Assembly (NCBI GenBank): GCA_044892525.1
Contig: CM097885.1
Coordinates: 22,632,001 to 22,696,000, forward strand
DNA from: Schmidtea polychroa
Lineage: Eukaryota
Length of the DNA: 64,000 bases
Direction: 5' to 3'
The notes under the pieces were generated by a model. The model saw nothing but the letters and a program-made list of their open reading frames with translations. It did no database searches and had not been told where the DNA came from. The position numbers were made by a program, and so were the translations under genes. The stretch's first letter is position 1, and each line of letters starts with the position of its first letter. This document shows, in pieces, positions 27,311 to 37,154 of the stretch.

Positions 27311-29527
27311 TTTATAATATATATATATATAGACTTACTTTTATAATTATGATAAAAATGAATGTTGTTGCCAGTATAAGAATTTGAGTAACAGTAGCAA
27401 AAATATAAAAACTAAAATGTAATTTTTTAATGATAGAATGTAAATATTTATATAAACTGAAATCATTTCCTTTTGATTATCAAGTTAAACCGTCAATAAA
27501 CACTTATTAACTATTTTTGAAAACGCAGGAAATCGTATTTTGACATCCACTTATTCCGACAAGAATCTGTGTTTTGTTGCTCTCAGTTTGTAGAAACCAG
27601 AAAAAACGAATATTAGATCATTTACTTTAACTTAAATTTACATATTTTCTATTTCCAAAAATCTTCTATCAAAAGTTTTTGGAATATTTTTTAATTAAAA
27701 ATATATTTTTTCGTATAATTTTTTTCGATGAAACATTTTCTAATTAGATATCAATTTCATACGAATTTTGGTTAACGCCCTAATACTCAAAAAATTAAAA
27801 ATATATTTCATACAAATCGTATTTGATGTAGTTTCATATTATTATTAATAATAATAATATAATATATTATATAACTTAGATACATTCCATGCTGGTTTTA
27901 TGCGGTTTATTTCTTTGCGATTTTTTTATGAGACATTTTTTATACAGTATTAGAAAACGCATAAAAAATTGCATAAAACTAAACCGTATGAAGTGTACTT
28001 TTAATACTTTAAATACCATAAATCGGTAACACTAACTAAATTATAGGTCTAAAAAAATAATTTCGGTTAAAAAATTATAAAATTAACTCTTCAAAAATAG
28101 GAAATTCTTCAATTCGCTTCGATCCTTCTGGCCACAACAAATCATTTTAGTTTTTTTAATAGGATTCCCATCAAAATAATTTCCAATAAATTTTTCCATG
28201 TGAAATATTTTCACTTAAATTTTTCACTTATTTTGTTTTTTAATTTTTGCTTTTCATTGAAATTCCCGTTTCTACTATTTACTTAATTTGTTTTAGGTTC
28301 CATTTTAGTGTAATAATCAATTTCATTTTATTGGTTCACTTGAAATTTATATTCTTATTTGTTATTTAATTCTTTTTGGTAATTGTTAATTGTTGGTAAT
28401 GTTATTACTATTTCATCTTAATTTTTATTTATTTACATTATTGCAACCTCAACTATATAAGAAATCATCATTTTATACTTATATACTAGTGGTACTCAAA
28501 CTATGTGTCGCTTTGAAATTTTTAATTTGAGTATAAAAAAACATTATTTCAGAATCTGTCAAAAAGTAAAATTAGATAAAAATAACAAAAATTTCCCCAA
28601 ATTTGGCAACAGAATGCAATTCAATTTTTCTTTCAGTTTTTTCAGATTTTTAAAAATTAGTAAACTTTTTTTTAATTTGTGCCCTGACATAATTTTGCAA
28701 TATTAAATATTATTTTTGTTTGGTTATTTAATTGTATTCAACTTATATATAGACCAAGCATTGAAAACTAAAAGACTAAATACTGATTAAATCCACTAAA
28801 TTTAATAAGTCCTGAATTATTGAATATAGTGGTATTTTGTTACAATTTATCAGCAATGAAACAAAAAATAAACAAACTTTATTTCTTCTGTGACGATATC
28901 AGTCATGGACAAAAATTCGTCATGGGATGTCAAGCTGCCTTGCCAGCCAATTGAGACATCTAAACGTATTTTAAAACAATAAAAGTTTTTCATCAGTAAA
29001 AAGTACAAAATAATTAATTTTAATTCGAATTTTCTGCCAACCTCTATTTAAATAGAAATGGAGCGATATTTACAATAAGTTACACGATAATGAGAAGATA
29101 TAAAAATCCGATTTTAACCACTTTATTGAAAAATATACCAATATTTCTTAAGTTCGAGTGAAAATAATCCCCGAGTTTAACCGTTGGATTAAATTTGGAA
29201 CCAGTTTTTCAGATGTAATTATAAATCAAAAATTATTAAAGAAAATTTACCATCCTTAATAAAATATATTTTTTATAATATAGTAAAAATAATATAGTTA
29301 CAATGGGAAACCGTTAAATTTCCCGCAGATGATCACAACTTTTAATTTACTTAAAGAAATATATTTAAAAAATCAAAAAGTTACATTTAAAAAAGTACAG
29401 AATTTGAGCAATTTGAAAGAATTTTCATAAATGTCATTCTAGTATACTATGTTGCAATACTGCATACTATAGCTAGATATAGTGTGCATTTTATTATTTA
29501 TTATTATTATTATTATTACATATCCTG

Positions 29528-29531
<4 letters not shown>

Positions 29532-29590
<59 letters not shown>
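29532..29590. repeat. (TA)n microsatellite
   Basis: Direct tandem repeat. Confidence 0.95.
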
Positions 29591-29595
<5 letters not shown>

Positions 29596-29773
29596 GACTT
29601 TTTTTCAATTTTCACCACTGATTTCTTTTCAATCGACATTGTATTTATTAAAATACTTGATTATGAATCAGTAAAGATATCGATGTTTTTATTATATTCA
29701 TGAATTTTGGAACTGCCTGTAAAGACAAGAAACTAACTTGCATAAAGTGTTCTTTGAAAATGATATTGAAAAC

Positions 29774-29960
29774 GATCAAAGAAATATTTGCTCCAGCAGT
29801 CAATGTTTCCACGAAAGCATGGTTACTTGATCTGGCGATTGTTATGAGATTATTGACCAACTCGCATTTGAGCATGTCAACTCCAGTATCGTATGATGTG
29901 AAAGTATTGGAATATTTATCTGGAACAACTTTGATCATTAACTTCTTTCGGTAATCGAAG
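29774..29960 (-). pseudogene. hsp90: Hsp90 N-terminal ATPase-domain pseudogene fragment, downstream part (interrupted by Polinton)
   Basis: KKLMIKVVPDKYSNTFTSYDTGVDMLKCELVNNLITIARSSNHAFVETLTAGANISLI aligns by eye to the Hsp90 segment ELxIxxIP...[44 protein letters not shown]. Confidence 0.85.
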
Positions 29961-30899
29961 AGTAGTGTGTATATATACCCAACCAACACAACCCTCCCAA
30001 CAAAAACATACCTCCATTACGCTTAAACCATTGGAAAAACAACATAAAACCTATGCTTTTATAGTATTTTAACCCCATATTTTAAACAACAACCACCCTT
30101 AATCTTTAAAGCCTCAAACTCAAAAGCTTCAAACTAAAAAGAGAATAGAAAAGAAAATGGCATTATGAAAAAGTTAGAGGGCTATTTGGGATAGGGCTAT
30201 ATACACACTACTGATCGTAATCAAACTCCGGAGTCGATCTTTATCAGATTATTAATTTTAAATTATAAAAATTAAAAAATAAATGAAAAATAGTAAAACT
30301 GCTCTGAGGGGACAGTGGTATTTTTTTTTTCACTGTCCCCTCAACAGTTTTTTTGATCCGGATCATTTCAACCTCTTTCGTTTATCAAATCTCTTCTAAT
30401 ATACAAGCTGGCCAGACTCATACATCAGAATCAATCCGATAATAGCAGCACACCTTATTATTCGCTTCTCGCTCGAATACGATTTCATCGGCGTTTTAAG
30501 TGTGCTGCTCGAAAGTACAAATGAATTCGAAAGTGAATCCGAAAGAGGTCCGAAAACAACTGAGAAATAAATGTGCACATTATGGAATCGATCCGGGGGT
30601 GTTCGAAAGACAGGTGGCGATAATTACCGGTTCGCCACCATCACCCGTTTCAATAATTTTTTTTTCATATTTATGTTTAAAAAATAAAATAAAATAAAAT
30701 AAATAAAATAAATAAAATAAAATAAAATAAAATAAAATATACAACTACTTTATAAATCTAAGATACCCACACTATTATTTTCAAATTTTTAATATTATTT
30801 TATGTTGAAAAAAAACTAACCACAGTTAGGATTTGAACCACCATCCATTTGAACCACTGTGCCAGTCTAGCCCACTGCGCTATCTAGGTTTGGATTTTT
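29961..30899 (+). repeat. Polinton left TIR (~940 bp)
   Basis: Reverse complement of 42275-43200. Confidence 0.95.
30808..30889 (-). ncRNA. tRNA-like Pol III unit A (left TIR copy)
   Basis: Minus strand: A box TAGCGCAGTGG, two GGTTCAAAT B-box motifs, T8 terminator. Confidence 0.6.
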
Positions 30900-31136
30900 C
30901 TCATTTTTTAGACTATAAATAATCGATTCAAGTTCTTTAACTCTTTCCTGTAATTGTTTCATTTTCTTCAATCTTATATCAGCAACATCTACAGCCTTCA
31001 TATAAAAATGTCGATACTTTTCATTATCTACCATCAACTCTTTGATGTATTCTAATGGTTCTTCTTCTCTTCTTTTCATTCTCTTATGTTTAACTTCATT
31101 CAATTCATTTCTCATTCTTTCTTTTAACTCATCCAT
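30867..31136 (-). CDS. Small coiled-coil Polinton protein, unknown function
   Basis: 89-aa charged helical ORF with AAAAATG start context; shares upstream ATATCCAATAAAA motif with polB. Confidence 0.6.
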   Translation of the reverse strand: MDELKERMRNELNEVKHKRMKRREEEPLEYIKELMVDNEKYRHFYMKAVDVADIRLKKMKQLQERVKELESIIYSLKNEKNPNLDSAVG

Positions 31137-31298
31137 TTTTATAAATATTTTTTTATTGGATATATTAATTTTTGGTAGCTTAAGTTAAAACGTTTTTGAT
31201 CTTAAATTTCCAAGAGTTGCCGTTGACCAATCACCTTAAAAATTTGTACAAGTACTAAATCGAGTATGCTGATCAATATTTCGTTAAAAAAAAATTTG

Positions 31299-31378
31299 AA
31301 AAAAAATGACCGAAATGGGATTTGAACCCATTGGTATTGGCAATGCAGTCGAGTGCTATTACCACAAGCTATTAGAGC
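31299..31378 (-). ncRNA. tRNA-like Pol III unit B (tRNA-Cys-like)
   Basis: GCTCTAA-TAGCTTGTGGTAATAGC-A-CTCGA-CTGCATT...ATGGG-TTCAAAT-CCCAT-TTCGGTCA-T8; D and T arms pair, anticodon and acceptor stems are poor. Confidence 0.65.
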
Positions 31379-31540
31379 TATACTCAATATAAAATAAGTT
31401 GTTAATGTGTGACTATTTATTGATGAAATTAATAATTAATTATTCATTTTCTCGACAACTACCACTCAGATCCATCTGAAAATTTAAATATATACTAAAA
31501 TCAGTACGCTGAATCAGATTCCGTTGAAAAAAAAATATCG

Positions 31541-31622
31541 AAAAAAATTGACCAAAATCGAAAATTGAACCCGGTACTCCCGGTGATAAAATTGAAGCCT
31601 ATTCCCACTCCGCTATAATGGC
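31541..31622 (-). ncRNA. tRNA-like Pol III unit C
   Basis: GCCATTA-TAGCGGAGTGG (A box) ... CCGGGTTCAATT (B box) ... GGTCAA-T7; contains internal T4 runs. Confidence 0.5.
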
Positions 31623-31678
31623 TTACATAATATATTTAATTAATCCTATTTTGTGTGTGTAAATTTTAATATATAAAA

Positions 31679-32817
31679 ATGAATCTCTTCAAACATCAAA
31701 CCCTATAGATATTTGTAATGCCAAATTATATTATAAAATCGAATTAGAAATTGAAGCAAACAAAGATATAACCCTAGAAAATAATTTCTTTCCAAATTTA
31801 TTCTCCAACATGAAATTAAAACTAGGATCATCAGAAATTGAAACTGTTTTACATCCAGGAGTATATTCTACAATGTTAAATTTTATTTTGACTGGTTGTG
31901 ATTATAAAAATGAATATGGTGAATTAACAGGCTGGATTCCTGATGTTAATAAAGGAGATTTAGATAAAAATGGTTTAGATATAAATTATGGTTACTATAA
32001 AAGAGCTGAACTTTATAAATCTAAAAAATTTGAAGGTTATTTTGAATTAAAACACTTATTTGGATTCATTCAAAACTATAATCGTATACTTCATAATGTT
32101 TTTATAGAATTAGTTTGTAATAGAGTAGAAGGTGATAAAAGATTGTTCTATGGAGCTGCAGATACAACAGCTAAATTAAAAATATCGACACTTGAATTGC
32201 ATATACCTGAATGGACATTAAATCCACATTCCGAAATCAAACTCCTTGAAAGATTAAATTCCAACAAGTCTATAAATGTAAATTATTTAAATAGAATCTG
32301 TAGTGAATTTAGTATGACAGAGGGTTCAACATATTCTATAAAGGTAGCAAATTTAGCATACCGACCAAGATATATCTTGATTGGATTCAAAGAAGTAGAT
32401 TCATCTTTCCAAAAAAATAACAACTTCTTTATTCAAAAGATTGGAGTTGATAATTTAAAAACAATCCAAATTCAATTAAATAGTTCTTATTATCCAATAA
32501 ATAGAATGGAATTTAATATTGAAAATAATGAAAACATATTCCCATATCTAAATTATATTGAAACATGTTATGATTTTAAAGTTAAACCACAATTAAGTTT
32601 AGAAGATTTCAAAAATTTATATTCTATATTTTGTATAAATGTTTCAGACCAAGATGATCGCCTAGCCATAAATAATGTTGATGTTACACTTCATATAACA
32701 AAGGATTCTAATTTTAAAGCTAAAGTATATACATTAATATTAGAAGAAAAGAAAATAGAAATGAAATTATATGGTGGAAAGATTTTAATAATCGAAAATG
32801 TTAGGGGAGATTCTTAA
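31679..32817 (+). CDS. Polinton major capsid protein (double jelly-roll/hexon-like), N-terminus apparently deleted or frameshifted
   Basis: ITLENNFFPNLFSNMKLKLGSSEIE...PG, LKHLFGF, RPRYILIGF, QIQLNSSYYP, YSIFCINVS resemble Polinton MCPs; upstream AAAAATG at 31679 is out of frame with the ORF. Confidence 0.8.
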
Positions 32818-32834
32818 TATTTTAACATTTTAAA

Positions 32835-34192
32835 ATGTCTCTCTATTGGAGATGTGAAAGTTGTAATTGTCAAGTTACAAGACATCATAAAGCAAGTCAT
32901 CTAAAAACTTAAAAACATATAGGAGGCGATCTACAATCTTCAAAAGTGACATCTTCAATATTAAAACCTTTTACTACAGAAAAATATCCAGGTGAAAGAC
33001 ATTTATTTAAACACAACTATACTGGACCAGGAACAAGATTAGATATTAGATTAGATGAAAATAATAATCCCAAACAAGGAGAAGAACCAATAAATAGAAT
33101 CGACCAAGCAGCTTTAAAACATGATATTGCTTACAATTCAGAAGATCTTAGAGATAGACATGTTGCAGATGTTAATTTAATACATGATTTAAATAGTATC
33201 CAAAATCCATCAACCCAAGAAAAGATTCAAAGAGCTCTAGTTAAATTAGCAATGAAAGGTAAGATTTTCATAGGTGCTAGTTTACCAAGGATGGCAAAAA
33301 ATGTTGCTAATAAAAAGATTATTGAACAAGCAGATGCTGAAAGATCCCTCGAGAATATATCCAAGACTAGTTTATTAACCCCAACAGAATCACAAATAAA
33401 ATATGCCAACGAATTACACCATGAATTTAGAAAAAATAAAAAATATTTAAAAGTTCAAGTACATGAAAAAGATCAAACATGGTCTGCAGATTTAGTCTTT
33501 ATGCCAACCAAATCATCAGACCCTGAAAAATATAAAATAATTTTAACTGTAATAGATTTATATACAAGATTTGCCTTTGCAAGGTGTTTAGAAAATAAAA
33601 CAGGATATTCCATTACAGAAGCATTTGAAAATATATTTGAAGAACATCAAAGAATTCCAAAATATTTATGGAGTGATAAAGGAACAGAATTTTATAACAA
33701 AGTTTTTACAAAGTTTTTAAATGAAAATGATATTAAATTATATTCAACAGAAAACGAAGGAAAAGCAGTTGTGGTTGAAAGATTAAATAGAACATTAAAA
33801 AATAAAATGTGGAAATATTTTACGGCTATTGGAAAACAAAAATGGAACAATGAATTGTTACAAAAGATTGTAAATGAATATAATAATGATGTACATAGTT
33901 CTATAAAATCAACACCTTTAAATGCTTCCATAAATCCTGAAACCATTAAAGTGGTAAATATTGAAAATGATGTTATTGAAAAACCAAAGTTTAAAATTGG
34001 TGACCGAGTAAGAATATTTAAATATAAAAATAAATTTGAAAAAGGATTCACAGCAAAATGGACAAATGAAATTTTTATTATAAATAAAATAAATTATACA
34101 ACTCCAATAACATATAGCATCATTGATTTAAATAATGAAAAAAAATATTAGGTAGATTTTATAATAATGAGTTACAGAAAACAGATTTCTAA
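32835..34192 (+). pseudogene. Zn finger + parvovirus-type PLA2 + retroviral-like (rve) integrase fusion
   Basis: ATG 32835 CESCNC..HKASH, in-frame TAA at 32910; NYTGPGT...INRIDQAALKHDIAY (PLA2); WSADLVFM, VIDLYTRF, WSDKGTEF, VVERLNRTLK (DDE); KFKIGDRVRI...FEKGFTAKWT; A-run frameshift near 34141. Confidence 0.9.
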
Positions 34193-34590
34193 AACAAACT
34201 TTTCCATATTTCAGCTTCTTCTCTATCCAAATAAATATAATTATATTTTTCTCTCCAATGATTATCAACAAACATATCAAACATATTCTTATCAGGTTCA
34301 ACATTTGAAAATAAATCATTATAAATCATATTCTTATCACGGCGATCTGATTTAAAAAATATAAAACAATTGGAATTATTTCTTATTGAATTTTTATCTA
34401 AAGCATAATATGTTTGAGATATATAAATAACATTACAATTATTATGTCTTCCTCTTGTAAAGTAACTCTTTTGGATCTCTTGATTTTTCATGTTAACAAC
34501 ATCATCAAATATAACTAGATTCTTTTTATCTTTAGGAAGTAAATCACAATGTAAAACATCTTCAGGTTTATTAGAGAATAAAACTTGAAT
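34189..34590 (-). pseudogene. A32/FtsK-like packaging ATPase, C-terminal half only
   Basis: KNLVIFDDV (Walker B), FTRGRHNNCNVIYISQTYY, IRNNSN; no Walker A upstream of ~34590. Confidence 0.85.
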
Positions 34591-34644
34591 CGTTAAGAAA
34601 GAAATGTTAAGAAAGAAGAAATTGATAAATATTTAAACTTAATT

Positions 34645-34907
34645 AATACATGGTAGTTCTAAAGCAAAACATATTCAAGATTTAAAGAATTATTTAAATA
34701 AAAATGAAAGGGGTTATGTTGTTACAGAGGGTAAGGAGATGCCTGTGGCTGCAAACCCAATCAATCTTTTTATTGAATTAAGAAAACTATTAGCAGCTAA
34801 AAAAGCAGGACATAATAATTTAGATTCTGATATTTTAAAGATTTCTAAAGATTTGTTAAAACAAGGAATAATTTCAAAAGATAAATTTAATAAGTATATA
34901 AAATGAC
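34645..34907 (+). pseudogene. C-terminal remnant of a conserved Polinton/adintovirus virion-core-type protein (gasderminX-like)
   Basis: Manual translation ANPINLFIELRKLLAAKKAGHNNLDSDILKISKDLLKQGIISK resembles the DPNELxxRLxLLxASKxAGNN...LxxxGII motif as recalled; no start codon. Confidence 0.55.
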
Positions 34908-35390
34908 TCCTTCAATATTAGATTTTTTAAAAACATTTGGAATAAATGCAAAAACAAATTTTGATTTAAAAGATTATGCAGATTATTTAAATTTAAAAAT
35001 AAAAATATTAATGAATAATGAATTGAAAGGTCCAAAGGTCAAAGGTCAAAGGGTCACTCCAAAGAATATAATAATCAATTATCAAAATTCAAATGAAAAA
35101 GGATCTCATTGGGTTTGTATATATATATGGACGAAGTCCCAATCTACTTTGATTCTTTTGGGATTAAACCCACTAAAGAAGTTGAAGACTATCTGTCCGG
35201 AGTAAGCTCGAAGAGAGACTATACTTTTAATTCTTTACAAGTTCAACCTAATAATACTAAAATATGTGATATTTTAAGCTTATATGTTTTGTATAGATTG
35301 AATAAATCTCAAGGGACTCTGTCCAAAGGGGACTACTGTTTCACTTCCTTAATCCAAGAAATTTATAATGATTTAAAATCTCTACTATAA
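34903..35390 (+). pseudogene. Adenain-like cysteine protease, frameshifted in an (AT)n run near 35120
   Basis: IIIN...GSHWVC, then YFDSFG..P and QVQPNNTKICD in the next frame. Confidence 0.85.
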
Positions 35391-35393
35391 GAA

Positions 35394-36132
35394 ATGGAAG
35401 ATAATTTAAAAAAAATGGTAAACATAATGTCAGATAAATATTCAAGAACTTTATCTATAAATTCAAAAGAATCAGACTTTACTATAAATTTTGAAGATTC
35501 AATAAAATTAGATCAAAATTTAAATTATGAATTAGGTCTATTATGGTTTTGTGCTTATAATACTATTTTTAATATAACTAAAGATATTAACACATTTAGT
35601 TATGTAAGCCCCCCCCCAAAACGGAGTATAACATAATAATAATAGAACCCGGGGCTTATGAGATAAAAATTTAAATAATATACTTTCTAAAAAAACAAAT
35701 GGAGCTATTGAAATTAAAATAGATTTACCAACTTCAAAATGTATAATGACTTTAAAGAATATAGGACTTAGGTTTCAAAATAATAGTTTCTTTAGAACAA
35801 TTTTAGGATTTACACAAAACCATTATACCACACCTGAAGTTACATCAGAAAATATTATAAAAATAATAAATACAAACACAATAAATATTCATTGCGATTG
35901 TATAACAGGTTCTTATAATAATGGTAAACAAAGTAATATTTTATATTCCTTTCCCTCAAACACAGTTCCTATGGGATATAAAATAGTTGAAAGAATGAAT
36001 CCTCCAAATTATTTACCTTTATGTAGAAAATATATAATGGATATTAATTTTAAAATTCTTAACCAAGAAGGAGAATTGATTGATTTTAATGGAGAAGAGA
36101 TTTCAATGTATTTACATTTGAAACAGGTTTGA
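35394..36132 (+). pseudogene. Minor capsid protein (penton-like single jelly-roll), frameshifted near 35610-35670
   Basis: SDFTINFEDSIKLD..YELGL, PGAYEI, INIHCDCITGSYNNGKQSNILYSF, ILNQEGELIDFNGEEISMYLHLK. Confidence 0.82.
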
Positions 36133-36156
36133 AGATTCATTTTAAATTATTAATAA

Positions 36157-37146
36157 ATGAGTTCTTATATTCCTTGTAATAGAGGTGGTGGAACAATAAA
36201 AACAGGGTTTAATACAGAAGAAATATTAACTTTAACAGAAAATAAATATATTAATGAAAGAGGTGATTCAATGAAGGGAGATTTAAATTTAAATGGACAC
36301 AAGATAAAAGATTTATCTTTACCAATTGATGAAGGTGATGCTGCTAATAAAAATTATACTGATTTAACAACAACAAGAATTGAAAGTTCATTAACAACAA
36401 AAATTGATTCAATGGAATCAAAGCTTAATAATATCGAACAACGATTTAATGATAAATTTGACAAGTTACAAAGTCTGTTAACTGAACAAGTTGTAAAGTT
36501 AAATACTAGTATATTAAATTCTAAAGATAAACAAATTATGAATACTAAATTTAATACAATATATAATATAATAAATGAGATGATTACATCATTTAATAAA
36601 AGACTTTCAAATTTAGAGTCTCATACAACACACATTAACACCACACATAGTATTAGAAAAAGAGCTGCTGAATTAGAACAGAATAAAACATTATTACCCC
36701 ATACATATAAACATTTTATAGAACCAACTTTAATAACAACAAATAGTAAAGAATGGAGTGTTTTTATGGCTGTAAAGATTATTGATCCTTATTTCTTTTT
36801 ATTTGATGATGATAATGAAAGAATGAAATGGTTTGTGAAATGTGATTATAATAGTAAGCTTGAAAAGGGTGATGTTATAATTACTGCTTATGATTTACCA
36901 CACGGAGATTGGTATGTTAATACTCATTCACATGGACTACATAAAGTTAAAAGTAAGAATATTATTTTTAAAAGCACACTTGTACAATATATAGATTTAA
37001 TATTTTATGAAAAAAAGGTTGATGTTGATGAAGTTCGTAAAGCATTGATGGAATTGTATAAAGATATTCTCTCAACAAGAGTTTCTTTTGATATCCGAGT
37101 ATTGGTGCCAGATGGTGCTCAGAAGAATAAAGTCTTATTTTTTTAA
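36157..37146 (+). CDS. Putative fibre/spike-like protein
   Basis: GDSMKGDLNLNGHKIKDL...DAANKNYTD fibre-type repeat, long coiled coil, unrelated C-terminal globular region; follows the penton gene. Confidence 0.6.
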   Translation: MSSYIPCNRGGGTIKTGFNTEEILTLTENKYINERGDSMKGDLNLNGHKIKDLSLPIDEGDAANKNYTDLTTTRIESSLTTKIDSMESKLNNIEQRFNDKFDKLQSLLTEQVVKLNTSILNSKDKQIMNTKFNTIYNIINEMITSFNKRLSNLESHTTHINTTHSIRKRAAELEQNKTLLPHTYKHFIEPTLITTNSKEWSVFMAVKIIDPYFFLFDDDNERMKWFVKCDYNSKLEKGDVIITAYDLPHGDWYVNTHSHGLHKVKSKNIIFKSTLVQYIDLIFYEKKVDVDEVRKALMELYKDILSTRVSFDIRVLVPDGAQKNKVLFF

Positions 37147-37154
37147 TTATTAAA

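Noticed and set aside
27194..27360. Bona fide U1 snRNA gene
   Set aside because: Only the 5' end matches; the 70K-binding loop, canonical Sm site and terminal stem-loop were not found, and a hammerhead occupies the middle.
30415..30560. Possible hammerhead in the Polinton TIR (CTGATG on the minus strand; GAAA repeats on the plus strand)
   Set aside because: Core reads CTGATGTA rather than CTGANGA, the motifs are on opposite strands, and no consistent stems could be built.
30396..30697. 60-65-aa ORFs in the TIR (mirrored at 42578-42760)
   Set aside because: Duplicated only because they lie in the TIR; non-ATG starts and no recognisable motifs.
30808..31622. Calling the tRNA-like units functional tRNA genes
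   Set aside because: Acceptor and anticodon stems do not pair properly; reported as tRNA-like ncRNA candidates instead.
36649..36666. Furin site in the fibre-like protein (SIRKR/AA)
   Set aside because: P4 is Ile, not Arg, and no signal peptide is evident.
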